From contig OZ253492.1 in assembly GCA_965262005.1 (NCBI GenBank), positions 207,321-271,320 on the forward strand: DNA of 64,000 nt, written 5' to 3'. A program made the translations under genes and the position numbers. Source of the stretch: Phototrophicaceae bacterium (GTDB lineage: Bacteria; Chloroflexota; Anaerolineae; Aggregatilineales; Phototrophicaceae). Shown here piece by piece: positions 1-9,752 of the stretch. The notes under the pieces were generated by a model that worked only from the letters and a program-made list of their open reading frames with translations, ran no database searches and had not been told where the DNA came from. Position 1 is the first letter of the stretch, and each line of letters starts with the position of its first letter.

Positions 1-196
1 TGACAGCATAGCGCTGTTTCTCGACAATCCAGAAAGGGATATCTTGATTCGCCAGGCTGGCGAACTCTTGCTTTTGGAGGACCCATTCTGGACTGAAGAC
101 AGATTGCTTGTGTTCGGGGATATTCCTTACAAATTCAAGAGTCCATAAATACACAAATAAAGGGAGGCAAGTCGAAATGGCAACAAGATGGACCAT
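1..196 (-). CDS. hypothetical protein, N-terminal part only (gene runs off the left edge)
   Basis: Minus-strand frame is open from ATG 196..194 to the window edge (MVHLVAISTCLPLFVYLWTLEFVRNIPEHKQSVFSPEWVLQKQEFASLANQDIPFWIVEKQRYAV...). No family recognised. Absent from the ORF track because no stop lies inside the window. Confidence 0.3.
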   Translation of the reverse strand, partial: MVHLVAISTCLPLFVYLWTLEFVRNIPEHKQSVFSPEWVLQKQEFASLANQDIPFWIVEKQRYAV

Positions 197-442
197 CGTT
201 ATCAACTGGGATCGAGACGGATAGTTCTGTCGCGAAACCATGCGATTGCTCCCGAACACATTTGATGCTAGAACTACCAACTATATGAACCGTTGCCTTT
301 CCTGTTGCTCCCGCCACTCGAACATCCAAATTGCGAAGCGCCCTCCATAAAACTTGTCGTTTTACAAACTTCGCGCACTCAAGTAGACTTGCCGCACAAA
401 GAATCCGACCATACACGCTTCTCAAACGAGGTCATCCACGCC

Positions 443-1507
443 ATGGCAAAACGACAGAGCCGCACGCGCGAAGCCCGACAGCGCCGTCAGAAGCAGCGCC
501 GTCAAAACCAGAGACTGTACGTCCTCATCGCCATAATCGTGGTGGCGGTTGTCGCGATTGCGGTTGTGATCGTCTCCAACCAACCGGTTGAAGCCTTCGT
601 AGCGGATGACTTGTCGGCGCGCTACGAGGACATCGAGCGTTCGTTCTCGTCCGAAGGCTACCCGCGCCTGGGTGATGCCGACGCGCCGGTAACCGTGCAG
701 GAATATGCCAGCTTTGCCTGCGCCGGCTGCGCTGCTTTCCACAGCGATAGCTTTGATGCAGTATTGGAGCGCGTACGCGATGGTCAAGTGCGCTTCTCAT
801 ATATTCCGCTGCAGACGGGATCGGTGCCTAACGCGCCGGGCGCTTCTCGCGCAGCGCTCTGCGCCGGGCAGCAGGAGATGTTCTGGGAGATGCACGATGT
901 GCTCTTCGATTGGCAGACGCGCTACGGCAATACTGCCTTTTCGCAGAATCGCCTCCTGGCCGGTGTTGAACAGCTTGGCTTGAGCGGCAGCGCCTTCACC
1001 AACTGCTTCAATTCCGCCGCCATCTCCAACACCATAAATGCGGCTCAAAGCGAAGAAGTATCGACAACTCCGACAATCCGAGTCAATGGCGTCACCCTAG
1101 GTGCCGGGCAGACGATTCCTTCTGCTGACTTGATCCTGCAGGCAGTCGATGACGCGACGCCGGCTGACTGGGGCCTGCCCGCTGAAGAGCCGCCTGCCGA
1201 GGAAGTCGAAACGGAACAAGAGGCAGAATCGGAGCAACAAGACGAAAGTGCGGAAGCCGCCGCAACGCCCCAAGCTGACACGGCCGACGCTACGGAAGAA
1301 GTTGAAACGAGTGAATCGTCTGAAACCGGCGAAGCTCCAGCCGAAGCGGAAGAAGAGCAGGCGGAAGCGCCCGCCGAAGCAGAGTCCGAGCAAGCGCCGG
1401 AGAGCGAAGAAGATCCCGACACCGACGAAGACGAAACCGAGCAATCTGCTGACGCTGAACAAGACTCCGACCCCAGCGAAGACGACGCCGAGCAAACAGA
1501 AGGCTGA
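443..1507 (+). CDS. membrane-anchored DsbA-like thioredoxin-fold protein with long acidic C-terminal tail
   Basis: Track ORF 293..1507. Likely start is ATG 443 (MAKRQSRTRE..., basic tail then TM helix LYVLIAIIVVAVVAIAVVIV). CxxC active site SFACAGCAAFH in a DsbA-like core. The last ~120 aa are E/A/D/T/Q low-complexity. Confidence 0.75.
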   Translation: MAKRQSRTREARQRRQKQRRQNQRLYVLIAIIVVAVVAIAVVIVSNQPVEAFVADDLSARYEDIERSFSSEGYPRLGDADAPVTVQEYASFACAGCAAFHSDSFDAVLERVRDGQVRFSYIPLQTGSVPNAPGASRAALCAGQQEMFWEMHDVLFDWQTRYGNTAFSQNRLLAGVEQLGLSGSAFTNCFNSAAISNTINAAQSEEVSTTPTIRVNGVTLGAGQTIPSADLILQAVDDATPADWGLPAEEPPAEEVETEQEAESEQQDESAEAAATPQADTADATEEVETSESSETGEAPAEAEEEQAEAPAEAESEQAPESEEDPDTDEDETEQSADAEQDSDPSEDDAEQTEG

Positions 1508-1556
1508 GTCTCTCAGGCTGAACAGTGGCTGAAGTCAAGTCCTGACAGGCAGTCCG

Positions 1557-1904
1557 TCACCTGCGCGCTAGCATGGGTCCCAGCGAGCGCCCGCCTAGAA
1601 TGTGCATGTGCAGATGGAAGACTTCTTGCCCGCCGTGCTCATTGCAATTGACAATCAAGCGATAGCCGTCTTCAGCAATACCTTCGTCAGCGGCGATCTT
1701 GGCTGCCACAATGAAAAGCCGCCCGAGTGTTTTTTCGTCTTCTGCCGTGACATCGTTGGCGGTGGCGATCTCTCGTTTGGGGATGATCAGGATATGCGTC
1801 GGGGCTTGCGGCGCGATATCGCGGAAGGCCAGAACCAGATCGTCTTCATAGACGATATCTGCCGGAATTTCCTTGGCGATGATTTTGGAAAATATCGTAC
1901 TCAT
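1557..1904 (-). CDS. HIT-family (histidine triad) nucleotide hydrolase
   Basis: HIT motif HLHMHILGG. Start trimmed to ATG 1904 ([22 protein letters not shown]), which is preceded by GGGAGAAGG. Confidence 0.85.
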   Translation of the reverse strand: MSTIFSKIIAKEIPADIVYEDDLVLAFRDIAPQAPTHILIIPKREIATANDVTAEDEKTLGRLFIVAAKIAADEGIAEDGYRLIVNCNEHGGQEVFHLHMHILGGRSLGPMLARR

Positions 1905-1998
1905 TTGCCTTCTCCCAATGTCAAAGGTCCGCCTATTTATGTTAGTGGACTGCCGACCGGACGCCATTTACTGCCGATTTGCCGTCATTTGCCGCCGC

Positions 1999-2745
1999 TT
2001 ACATCACCATGCCACCGTCGACGACAAGCGTCTGCCCGGTGATGTAGGACGCGTCCGATGATGCCAGGAAGGCGACCGCCTTGGCAATATCTTGTGGGTC
2101 GCCCATTCTGCCCAGCGGGATCGCTACCAGCGCGGCGCCCTTGAGATCATCCGAAAGGTCGGCGGTCATATCAGTTTCGACGAAGCCCGGCGCCACGGCA
2201 TTAACGCGGACGCCCCGAACTGCCAGCTCTTTCGCCAGCGATTTGGTTAGGCCGATGATGCCGGCTTTGCTCGCCGCGTAGTTGGTTTGGCCGCCGTTGC
2301 CGGCGATGCCCACTACGCTGGTGATATTGACTATGCTGCCAGAGCGTTTTCGCATCATGGTTCGGGATGCTGCCTTGCAGCAAAGCCAGCAGCTACGGAG
2401 GTTCGTCGCCAGCACTGCGTCAAAGTCGTCCGGCTTCATTAACATGATGACGTTGTCGCGCGTCATACCCGCGTTATTTACGAGGATGTCGATTGTGCCC
2501 TGGTCGGCGATGGCTTGTTTGAACAAGTCCGTCACCTCGGAGTCATTGCTGACATCGGCTTGCAGGGCGGTGGCTTCGCCGCCTTGGTCCGCGATTGTCC
2601 TCACGACATCGTCAGCAGCATCCGCATTCTGATGGTAATTCACCAGCACAGTGGCGCCCTTTGCCGCCAGTTCAAGGCAAATCGCCCGACCAATGCCGCG
2701 GCTGCCACCGGTGACCAATGCCGTCTTTCCTTCGAGTTGGCTCAT
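1999..2745 (-). CDS. fabG: 3-oxoacyl-ACP reductase (SDR family)
   Basis: TGGSRGIG cofactor motif, NNAG, catalytic YAASKAG (Y-x3-K). 248 aa, typical FabG length. Confidence 0.85.
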   Translation of the reverse strand: MSQLEGKTALVTGGSRGIGRAICLELAAKGATVLVNYHQNADAADDVVRTIADQGGEATALQADVSNDSEVTDLFKQAIADQGTIDILVNNAGMTRDNVIMLMKPDDFDAVLATNLRSCWLCCKAASRTMMRKRSGSIVNITSVVGIAGNGGQTNYAASKAGIIGLTKSLAKELAVRGVRVNAVAPGFVETDMTADLSDDLKGAALVAIPLGRMGDPQDIAKAVAFLASSDASYITGQTLVVDGGMVM

Positions 2746-3043
2746 GCGATGTCCTTTTCACGGAGATTCCAGATTGAGCTTGGTCTTATATTTAACCACT
2801 GAGGACTGCGAGGGCACAGAGTTTTCTTGTGAACGTGGTCAAATTGGCAAGTGCTGTCGCTGGACTTGGCCTTCTAACACCACCCTGTGCAAAGATGATG
2901 CAAGTCCAAGACTTCGAAATTAGCTAGGAGTAAGTCGGATACAGAAACATTTCCCCTTCAATACGCGCGGTGTTTGAACTTGCCCCGATTTTGTAGACAG
3001 CGCTGTTGTCCAATAGAATCAGGTAAGGAAGGCAGGTAGGAGT

Positions 3044-3334
3044 GTGATGGTGAAGTATCCAGACGAGTTGAAGCGTGAGGCGCTGAATTTAGCGGCGAAG
3101 CCCGGTAGGACGGTGGCCCAGGTGGAGCGCGACTTGGGCATTACGCCGGGACTGATCTACAAGTGGCGGCAGCGGTATCGGGTCGATGAGAATAGCGATG
3201 AGCTTAAGCCAAGCGCCGAACGAGAATCCGAGACCGAGATTCGACGCTTGCAAGGCGAGTTGGCGATCGCACGGGAGGAGCGCGACATTTTAAAAAAAGC
3301 TATCCAAGTGTTCTCGCAGGAAAGCAAATGGTGA
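3044..3334 (+). CDS. IS3 transposase OrfA (HTH)
   Basis: Small HTH/coiled-coil protein (GLIYKWRQRY, EIRRLQGELAIAREERDILKKA). A7 slippery run 3292-3298 sits near its end, allowing a -1 shift into OrfB. Confidence 0.88.
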   Translation: MMVKYPDELKREALNLAAKPGRTVAQVERDLGITPGLIYKWRQRYRVDENSDELKPSAERESETEIRRLQGELAIAREERDILKKAIQVFSQESKW

Positions 3335-4185
3335 AGTACCAATTCATTCTGGAGCATCGGCAGGAGTTCAGCGTGTCGAGGATGTGCCGCGTGTTGGATG
3401 TGAGCAAGAGTGGCTTCTTCGCCTGGTTGAAGCGCGGGAAGAGCCGGCGCGAGCGGGAGGATGCGAGGCTGCTAGCGCGCATCCGGGAAATCTTCGTGGG
3501 TAGCGCCCGGACTTATGGCAGTCCGCGTGTCTGGGCGGAATTGTTGGCGAGAGGCTGGCGGGTAAGCCGTAAGCGGGTAGCGCATTTGATGCGGCTTGCC
3601 GGCATGTACGCGATTCGCAAACAAGGCTATCGAGGCCGGAAGAAATCGGCAGCGTCGACATCGGCGGCGCCCAATATCCTGCAGCAAGATTTCTCGGCCA
3701 CGGACATCAACCAGAAGTGGCTGGCGGACATCGCCTACATTGCCACCAAAGAAGGCTGGCTCCATCTCGCTGTGGTCATGGACGCCTTCTCGCGCCGGAT
3801 TGTCGGCTGGTCTATGAACCGGAGAGCCAACAGCCAGCTGGCGCAAAATGCACTGCTCATGGCAGTGCAGCAGCGTGAATTGCGCGGTCTGCTAATCCAT
3901 CATAGCGACCGTGGCAGTCAGTACACAGACCAGCGTTACCAGCAGTTGCTGACTGACCGTGGCATACAGCCAAGCATGAGCGACACCGGCAGTTGCTACG
4001 ACAACGCCATGGCGGAAAGTTTCTTCGCTACTCTGAAGACCGAGTGCGCGAATCACGTCTTTGACACCATCAACGACGCACGGCGCACTATCGCATACTA
4101 CATAGAGGCATGGTACAACCGCCGCAGACTGCATTCATCGCTGGGCTTTGCCAGCCCTATGCAATTCGAAGAGGCAGAGCATTAG
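3328..4185 (+). CDS. IS3 transposase OrfB (DDE integrase core)
   Basis: In the -1 frame relative to OrfA. rve-type motifs WLADIAYI, HHSDRGSQYT, YDNAMAESFF. TAG stop 35 bp from the right end. Confidence 0.88.
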   Translation: MVKYQFILEHRQEFSVSRMCRVLDVSKSGFFAWLKRGKSRREREDARLLARIREIFVGSARTYGSPRVWAELLARGWRVSRKRVAHLMRLAGMYAIRKQGYRGRKKSAASTSAAPNILQQDFSATDINQKWLADIAYIATKEGWLHLAVVMDAFSRRIVGWSMNRRANSQLAQNALLMAVQQRELRGLLIHHSDRGSQYTDQRYQQLLTDRGIQPSMSDTGSCYDNAMAESFFATLKTECANHVFDTINDARRTIAYYIEAWYNRRRLHSSLGFASPMQFEEAEH

Positions 4186-4573
4186 ACAAATTCAGCGTCC
4201 ACCAAAACGGGTCAAGACCAGTTCCAAAGCGAGCCGTATGGGGATTATCGGAAAAGCGAGGGACAAGGCTGTTAAGGCTGAATGCGTTCAGCGTAGCAGG
4301 ATAGTCGGGTCAGGTGGCGACTGTTTGGACGCATGGGAATTGTCATGACAAGGTTGACGATTGCGCCTGCGAGTCGATTGTATTGAGGGCTGAATTGGTG
4401 GTCGAAGTTGTTTACTGGCTTGCGGGCGATCTGATTGGTCGCCCCTACATCGCAGCGAACGACACGGGTTAATTGGTAGGTTGCTCCCAGTAATATCGAG
4501 TGCGAATGACTGCTGCTTTGTCAAGACGTTTCAATGCCGAATGCACGGGAAATAGATCTGAATTGGCAGATAG

Positions 4574-6145
4574 TTATTGAGAGCCGCCGACCCAGCCGAT
4601 CAATTCGACGTGGCCGCGCAGGTCGCTTGTAATGCTGCCGGCGCCGAAGCCGTTGGCGCTGGCGACATAGATATCGTTGCGTCCATCCACGCTCGGATTG
4701 ACGCCGGCAAAGGCGATGAATTGTCCGTCGAAGGAGAATTGCGGGTCGCACATGGTTGGTGGAATGCCGGCGCTGGCGACATTTCGCAACCGGCGATCCC
4801 TGACGCGGACACCGTAGGGACAGTGGCCGGATGTGCCACCGATGGCGATTCGCTCTCCATCAGGCGACCAAGCGGCGGACAGGCCGAATCGGGGAAAGTC
4901 CAGGTCGTCGTCTCGCCCTATGAGCGCGTTAGCAGCGCTGAGCAAGACGAGTTGGTTGGCGCCCTCTGCGATTTGAACAAGCACGGTGTCGCCTCGCGGA
5001 GACCAGCTTTCGGAGAGGTAACTGGCAGTGGCTGGACTTTCGGCCAGGCGCAATTCTGTGAGCTCGCCGCTAACGATATCCGCTCGCCATATCCGGCGCT
5101 GGGGATTAAGCAGGTCGAAGGGGTCGCCGCTGACGAGCGCCAGCATCGACGAGTTTATCCATTTTGGCGCTTCTGATACCTCCAGGTCGGATACATGGCT
5201 GATGGCGCCGCTTGCGACTTCGTAAAGGTAGAGCATACCGCTGGAGGGCGGTGGCTCGGTCAGCGCATCGCAAAAATTGGGGTCTCCAGGTATCCAGCTT
5301 GGGCATTGCGCGCGATCGGAAACAAAGGCGATGTGTTTGCCGTCTGGGGACCAACTGGGCCAGAAGTCATAAGCGCCGTGATCCGTGATGTTTGTTCTAC
5401 CAGAGCCATCGGTGGCGTAGAGGTAGATATCGATGTCGTAGCCAGTTGCGACCGCCAGCGCCAGATGCTCGCCATCGGGAGACCAACTGGGTGGCATGTA
5501 GCGGCCGCGCTGCACCAATGGATTGGCTCCAGCCAGAATACGCGCGCTAAAGCCGGTGGCGAGATCAAGAATATACAGCCCGTCGGTACGCACATCGCCG
5601 TCCGTCTTGACAAAGGCCAGCGCATTGCCGGGCAGCGCCACGAAGACCTCGAAGCTCGCGGTCGACTCCAATTCCAGCACGGGTATTCGGCTGCGCGCGC
5701 TCAAGGGAGACGCGAAGAAGACGGTCTGGACACCGGTGAATGGCTGGGCGGTGGCCAGGTTGGCGATCGTCTCTTGCCGGTTCGCGCTGACGAAGGCAAT
5801 CATCTGATTGGAGACGCCGTCTTTGATCGCTGCCGGAATATCGGAAACGTCCCAATTATCAAAAACGTAGCTAGATTGCGGCAGAGGCGTGATAGAGGGC
5901 GTTAGGGTTGGCCAAGGCGTAGGCGTCACGGTGGGGGTGTAGGTGGCGGTCGGGCTGGCGGTCGCTGTTGGCGTAGCAGTTGGCAAGGGCGTGGCGGTAT
6001 CTGTAGGAGAAGCGGTGGGAGTCGAAGTCGCCGTAGGAGAGGCGGTGGGGGTGGGCGTTGGCTGACTGAGCGCGCTGCAGGCGCCAAGCAGGCCAAGGGC
6101 CAGAAGGCAGGTTATCGCTCGTCGCAAGTCAAAGAAGATGTTCAT
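4574..6145 (-). CDS. lipoprotein with TolB-like PD40 beta-propeller repeats
   Basis: Start taken at ATG 6145 (MNIFFDLRRAITCLLALGLLGAC lipobox), followed by a T/P-rich linker. Repeated SWSPDG motifs (SWSPDGEHLA, SWSPDGKHIAF, AWSPDGERIA, SFDGQFIAF). Confidence 0.7.
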   Translation of the reverse strand: MNIFFDLRRAITCLLALGLLGACSALSQPTPTPTASPTATSTPTASPTDTATPLPTATPTATASPTATYTPTVTPTPWPTLTPSITPLPQSSYVFDNWDVSDIPAAIKDGVSNQMIAFVSANRQETIANLATAQPFTGVQTVFFASPLSARSRIPVLELESTASFEVFVALPGNALAFVKTDGDVRTDGLYILDLATGFSARILAGANPLVQRGRYMPPSWSPDGEHLALAVATGYDIDIYLYATDGSGRTNITDHGAYDFWPSWSPDGKHIAFVSDRAQCPSWIPGDPNFCDALTEPPPSSGMLYLYEVASGAISHVSDLEVSEAPKWINSSMLALVSGDPFDLLNPQRRIWRADIVSGELTELRLAESPATASYLSESWSPRGDTVLVQIAEGANQLVLLSAANALIGRDDDLDFPRFGLSAAWSPDGERIAIGGTSGHCPYGVRVRDRRLRNVASAGIPPTMCDPQFSFDGQFIAFAGVNPSVDGRNDIYVASANGFGAGSITSDLRGHVELIGWVGGSQ

Positions 6146-6213
6146 ATTGATCTGCAAAGATACCATGCTCTGACGCAGGTGAAGTTATAGTCAACGGGTG
6201 ACTTTCCTACGAT

Positions 6214-8652
6214 TCATGTAGAGGAGCTGTCAGCCGTGTCGTTTTGACGCTGCTCAGCCTCGATATTTCGCTGCCGCTTGGCGGGCGCTTCCTGGAGGAC
6301 CAGGTCCAGTACGCCCTGCATATCTTCCACGACCGAGACCGAGACATCGCGCATGACCGCCTTTGGTACCTCACGCAGATCTTTGCGATTGTCTTTCGGC
6401 AGAATGATGCGCGGAATACTGCGGCGGCGGGCTGCGAGCACTTTTTCAACAACGCCGCCAACGGGCAGAATATTGCCGCGAAGCGTGATTTCGCCCGTCA
6501 TAGCGCAATCCGCGCTGATTGGACATTCGGTGAAGGCGGAAATCAAGGCGGTCGCCAATGTGATTCCGGCTGATGGTCCGTCTTTTGGCACAGCGCCTTC
6601 CGGCATATGAATATGAATATCGTAATTCTCAAAGTCGTCGGGAGGCAGGTCGAACTGATGGGCGCGCGCCCGCAGATAACTGAGCGCGATATGCGCCGAC
6701 TCCTGCAAGATATCGCCCAACTGACCTGTGAGCATAAGATTGCCCTTGCCAGGCACCAGGGTGACTTCAACAGTTTGGATCTCGCCGCCGTTCGGTGTCC
6801 ACACCAAGCCGCTGACAATGCCGACCGCGTCGTTGCGATTGACCTTCGCGCCCAGCAATTGTGGCGGACCGAGGTGCTTCTCCGCAATTGACGGTGTGAT
6901 GCGGCGCGGAATTTTGCGCTGGGCCGCGACTTGCCGGGCGAATTTGCGGCAGATATTCGCGATCTCGCGCTCCAGGTTGCGGACGCCGCTTTCGTAGGTA
7001 TAGTGTCGGATGATGTGTTTCAGCGCTGCCGTCGTCAGATGAACGCCGGTCTCATCGATGCCATTGGCTACGAGCTGTTTGGGGATCAAGAAGCGGCGCG
7101 CGATCTCAAGTTTTTCTTCTTCTGAATAGCCCTTGAACTCGATAACTTCCAGGCGATCTTCCAGCGCTTCCGGAATCGAATACAGGTCATTGGCGGTGGT
7201 TATGAATGTCACTCTCGATAGATCGTATGGCACTTCCAGGTAATGATCAACGAAGTTGCGATTCTGCTCCGGATCGAGGACTTCGAGCATGGCTGAGGCG
7301 GGGTCGCCGCGAAAGTCTGAACTCATCTTGTCGATTTCGTCCAGCATGAAGACGGGGTTGACGGTCTCCGCCCGCTCCATCTGCTGCAGGATACGGCCAG
7401 GCATCGAGCCGATGTAGGTACGGCGATGACCGCGGATTTCGGCTTCGTCACGAACGCCGCCCAGGCTGATACGCAAGAACATGCAGCCCAGGGCATCGGC
7501 GATGCTCTTTCCCAGCGATGTTTTGCCGACGCCGGGCGGACCGACGAAGCAGAGAATTGGACTCTTCATTTTGTCGCGCGCCAGCTTGCGCACGGCGATA
7601 TGTTCGAGGATGCGGGCCTTGACTTTTTTCAGGCCATAATGCGCCTGCTCGAGGATGTCTTCCGCGTGGTCCAGATCGAGGTTTTCGTCGCTGACGGCAT
7701 TCCAGGGAAGAGTCAGAAGGCGGTCCAGGTAGGTGTGAATCACGCCGGATTCGGGAGACATCGGCGGAATCGCGCCCAAGCGAGACATTTCCTTCATCGC
7801 CTTGTCATGGACTTCACTCGGCAGCTGCGCGCTCTCTATCCTAGCTGTGAGATCCTTGATTTCCTGCGAGAAGATGTCACCATCGCCCAATTCCTGCTGA
7901 ATAACGCGCACCTGCTCGCGCAAGTACATTTCTCGTTGATTGGCCGCGATTTCGTCTTGCAAGCGCGTATGCACCTCATCGTGGATTTCGTTATCGCGCA
8001 GGTCTGTGGTGATCAGCACGGCAAGCAGTTCAAGGCGTTTCTCGATATTGTCAAGCTCCAGCAACTGCTGCATGTCATCGGACTGCAGCGGCAAGATCGC
8101 CGATAAGGAATCACAGAGCAAGCTCGGATCATCGAGCGACAGGATATGCTTGATCACGCTATCGGGCATGGCTTCGTTGTATTGGCTGCTATGCTTGAAA
8201 AGCTCGACCAAGGCATTTGCGAGAGACTCCAGCGCTTTCGGCTCTCGGCCCTCCTCGACCATTGGGCGGGCGGTGGCAATGGGATACGGACCCTGATGAT
8301 TGACGGCGATAATCTCAACCCGGCGCCGCCCTTGCGCCAATAACTGACGAGAATCATCTGCCAATTCAGCATAGCGGCCGGGGGCAATCTCCGTGCCAAC
8401 AGGGTGGATTTGGTCAATGAGCGCCCCGCCATTGCTATCAGCGCGCAGTTTGCAGGCGATTAGCGTTTGCCCACAGTCATTGGCGGCAGCTGCGGCTAGG
8501 AGCTGGGCATCGTCGCTTAGGGGGATCAAGCTCAAAACCTGGGGAAAGATCACTTGATCGACAATAGGAAGCAAGGGCAATTGAAAGATGCCGTCGGCTT
8601 CGAGCTCGGCATTGTCGATGCACTTGAGTCGTTGAGTAAGTTTGTTAGACAA
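6214..8652 (-). CDS. lon: ATP-dependent Lon protease
   Basis: LPLLPIVDQVIFP N-domain, Walker A GPPGVGKTS, protease Ser motif PKDGPSAG. The track ORF extends to 8817, but its first 25 codons lie inside the IS1 element. I propose TTG 8652 preceded by GGGAG(5 nt); the start is uncertain. Confidence 0.88.
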   Translation of the reverse strand: MSNKLTQRLKCIDNAELEADGIFQLPLLPIVDQVIFPQVLSLIPLSDDAQLLAAAAANDCGQTLIACKLRADSNGGALIDQIHPVGTEIAPGRYAELADDSRQLLAQGRRRVEIIAVNHQGPYPIATARPMVEEGREPKALESLANALVELFKHSSQYNEAMPDSVIKHILSLDDPSLLCDSLSAILPLQSDDMQQLLELDNIEKRLELLAVLITTDLRDNEIHDEVHTRLQDEIAANQREMYLREQVRVIQQELGDGDIFSQEIKDLTARIESAQLPSEVHDKAMKEMSRLGAIPPMSPESGVIHTYLDRLLTLPWNAVSDENLDLDHAEDILEQAHYGLKKVKARILEHIAVRKLARDKMKSPILCFVGPPGVGKTSLGKSIADALGCMFLRISLGGVRDEAEIRGHRRTYIGSMPGRILQQMERAETVNPVFMLDEIDKMSSDFRGDPASAMLEVLDPEQNRNFVDHYLEVPYDLSRVTFITTANDLYSIPEALEDRLEVIEFKGYSEEEKLEIARRFLIPKQLVANGIDETGVHLTTAALKHIIRHYTYESGVRNLEREIANICRKFARQVAAQRKIPRRITPSIAEKHLGPPQLLGAKVNRNDAVGIVSGLVWTPNGGEIQTVEVTLVPGKGNLMLTGQLGDILQESAHIALSYLRARAHQFDLPPDDFENYDIHIHMPEGAVPKDGPSAGITLATALISAFTECPISADCAMTGEITLRGNILPVGGVVEKVLAARRRSIPRIILPKDNRKDLREVPKAVMRDVSVSVVEDMQGVLDLVLQEAPAKRQRNIEAEQRQNDTADSSST

Positions 8653-8778
8653 AGAATCTCCCGAATGTTTGACCAGCCGACCACAGCTGCAACCATTAAG
8701 TGTAGTCCAGACGCAGCGCAAATGTAAATACCGCCGGCGATGGGAGTGGTGAATTTGGAGATATGGTAAACTGAATAT

Positions 8779-9129
8779 ATGAAAACATGTCCCCACTGTC
8801 AAGATACTGAAGAACAAGTAAAGGCAGGCCGCGCTGGTTCAGGAAACCAAATGTACAAGTGCAAGCCCTGCAATCGCCGTTATGTTCCGCAATCTCGTCG
8901 ATATAGCAAGGAAATGCGACAATTAGCCGTTGAATACTATGCGGATGGCTTGAGTTACCGAAAGATCGCTCGTCATTTTAAGGTTCATCATGTGACCATA
9001 ATGAATTGGGTGAAAGCTTTCGCCGATCAGTTGCCCGCCGCTCCGACCCCGGCAGAAAAGCCCTTGCATATCCTTGAGATGGACGAATTGCATACTTTTG
9101 TCGGGCGCAAAAAAACAGATGGTACATAA
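8779..9129 (+). CDS. IS1 InsA-like (zinc finger + HTH)
   Basis: CPHC...CKPC zinc ribbon, HTH YRKIARHFKVHHVTIMNWV, DELHTFVGRKK. A7 run 9109-9115 at the end. Confidence 0.8.
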   Translation: MKTCPHCQDTEEQVKAGRAGSGNQMYKCKPCNRRYVPQSRRYSKEMRQLAVEYYADGLSYRKIARHFKVHHVTIMNWVKAFADQLPAAPTPAEKPLHILEMDELHTFVGRKKTDGT

Positions 9130-9134
9130 TCACG

Positions 9135-9521
9135 TTGGTGGAGCGAGCGAGCAGCTACATTGTCGGTTTTCTGGTCAGCCAAAAGCGTGATGAAGCGACT
9201 TTGCAAAAGCTGATAGACCAAAGTCCGCGAGCCCACTGGTACTACAGCGATTGGATGGCTTCGTACAAGAAATTGATCTATTATCCTGGCAGACATACTC
9301 CGATGCCAAACAAAAGTGAGACTTATCGAGTAGAAGGCATGAATGCGGAACTTCGTCATTATTTATCTCGTTTGCAACGGCGTTCACGCTGCTTTTCCCG
9401 CTGTGCCGATGCGCTTCAGCGGGCAGTGAAACTCTTTACTTACGCTTGGAATCGGCGGCAGTTGTATCGTCAACAGTATCCCAATTACGATGCTCACCTA
9501 TTTGAATACGCATATCAATGA
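9135..9521 (+). CDS. IS1 InsB-like transposase part (expressed as InsAB by -1 frameshift)
   Basis: A -1 slip on A7 (9109-9115) reads ...GRKK|NRWYIITLVERASSYIVGF..., joining InsA to this frame. The frame is open from 9114. Confidence 0.78.
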   Translation: MVERASSYIVGFLVSQKRDEATLQKLIDQSPRAHWYYSDWMASYKKLIYYPGRHTPMPNKSETYRVEGMNAELRHYLSRLQRRSRCFSRCADALQRAVKLFTYAWNRRQLYRQQYPNYDAHLFEYAYQ

Positions 9522-9752
9522 TTCACCACTCCCGTGAGAGCTTATTGTTGCATCGCCCGCATTGGGGTGGTATATTCATAGTGTAAATCTCTCAACGAGT
9601 TAGGCACTCAATTCAGTTTGGCTTCCGAACTTGGCGAATCGCCGGCGGCGATCAGTCGCGCCTTGGCGGAGTACAAGATATTGGAAATAAAGCTATATCG
9701 CTTCGTCGGTTCAACCCACCAGGCGATACGCGAGTGGATGCGCGAGGAAGAT

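Larger units (their letters stand above)
2975..4220 (+). mobile_element. IS3-family insertion sequence, copy 1
   Basis: 1246 bp with TG...CA ends and imperfect terminal inverted repeats (TGAACTTGCCCCGATTTTGTAGAC vs rc of right end TGGTCTTGACCCGTTTTGGTGGAC). 3-bp direct repeat GTT at 2972-2974 and 4221-4223. Identical by eye to 33750..34995. Confidence 0.92.
8742..9533 (+). mobile_element. IS1-family insertion sequence
   Basis: 13-bp terminal inverted repeats GGGAGTGGTGAAT (8742-8754) and ATTCACCACTCCC (9521-9533). InsA/InsB-like ORFs are joined by an A7 run. No flanking target duplication found. Confidence 0.8.

Noticed and set aside
4577-8106. Long antisense ORFs inside the PD40 gene and lon (for example 4577-5176, 5195-5905, 7426-8106)
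   Set aside because: These are shadow ORFs typical of GC-rich coding regions. Their composition is Arg/Ala/Gly-rich and without motifs, and the opposite strand carries clearly recognisable genes.
6214-8817. Lon ORF as drawn in the track, with an extra 55 N-terminal residues
   Set aside because: The first 25 codons lie inside the IS1 element (left end at 8742), and the rest has no Lon similarity. An internal TTG with an RBS fits the usual distance to the LPLLP motif.
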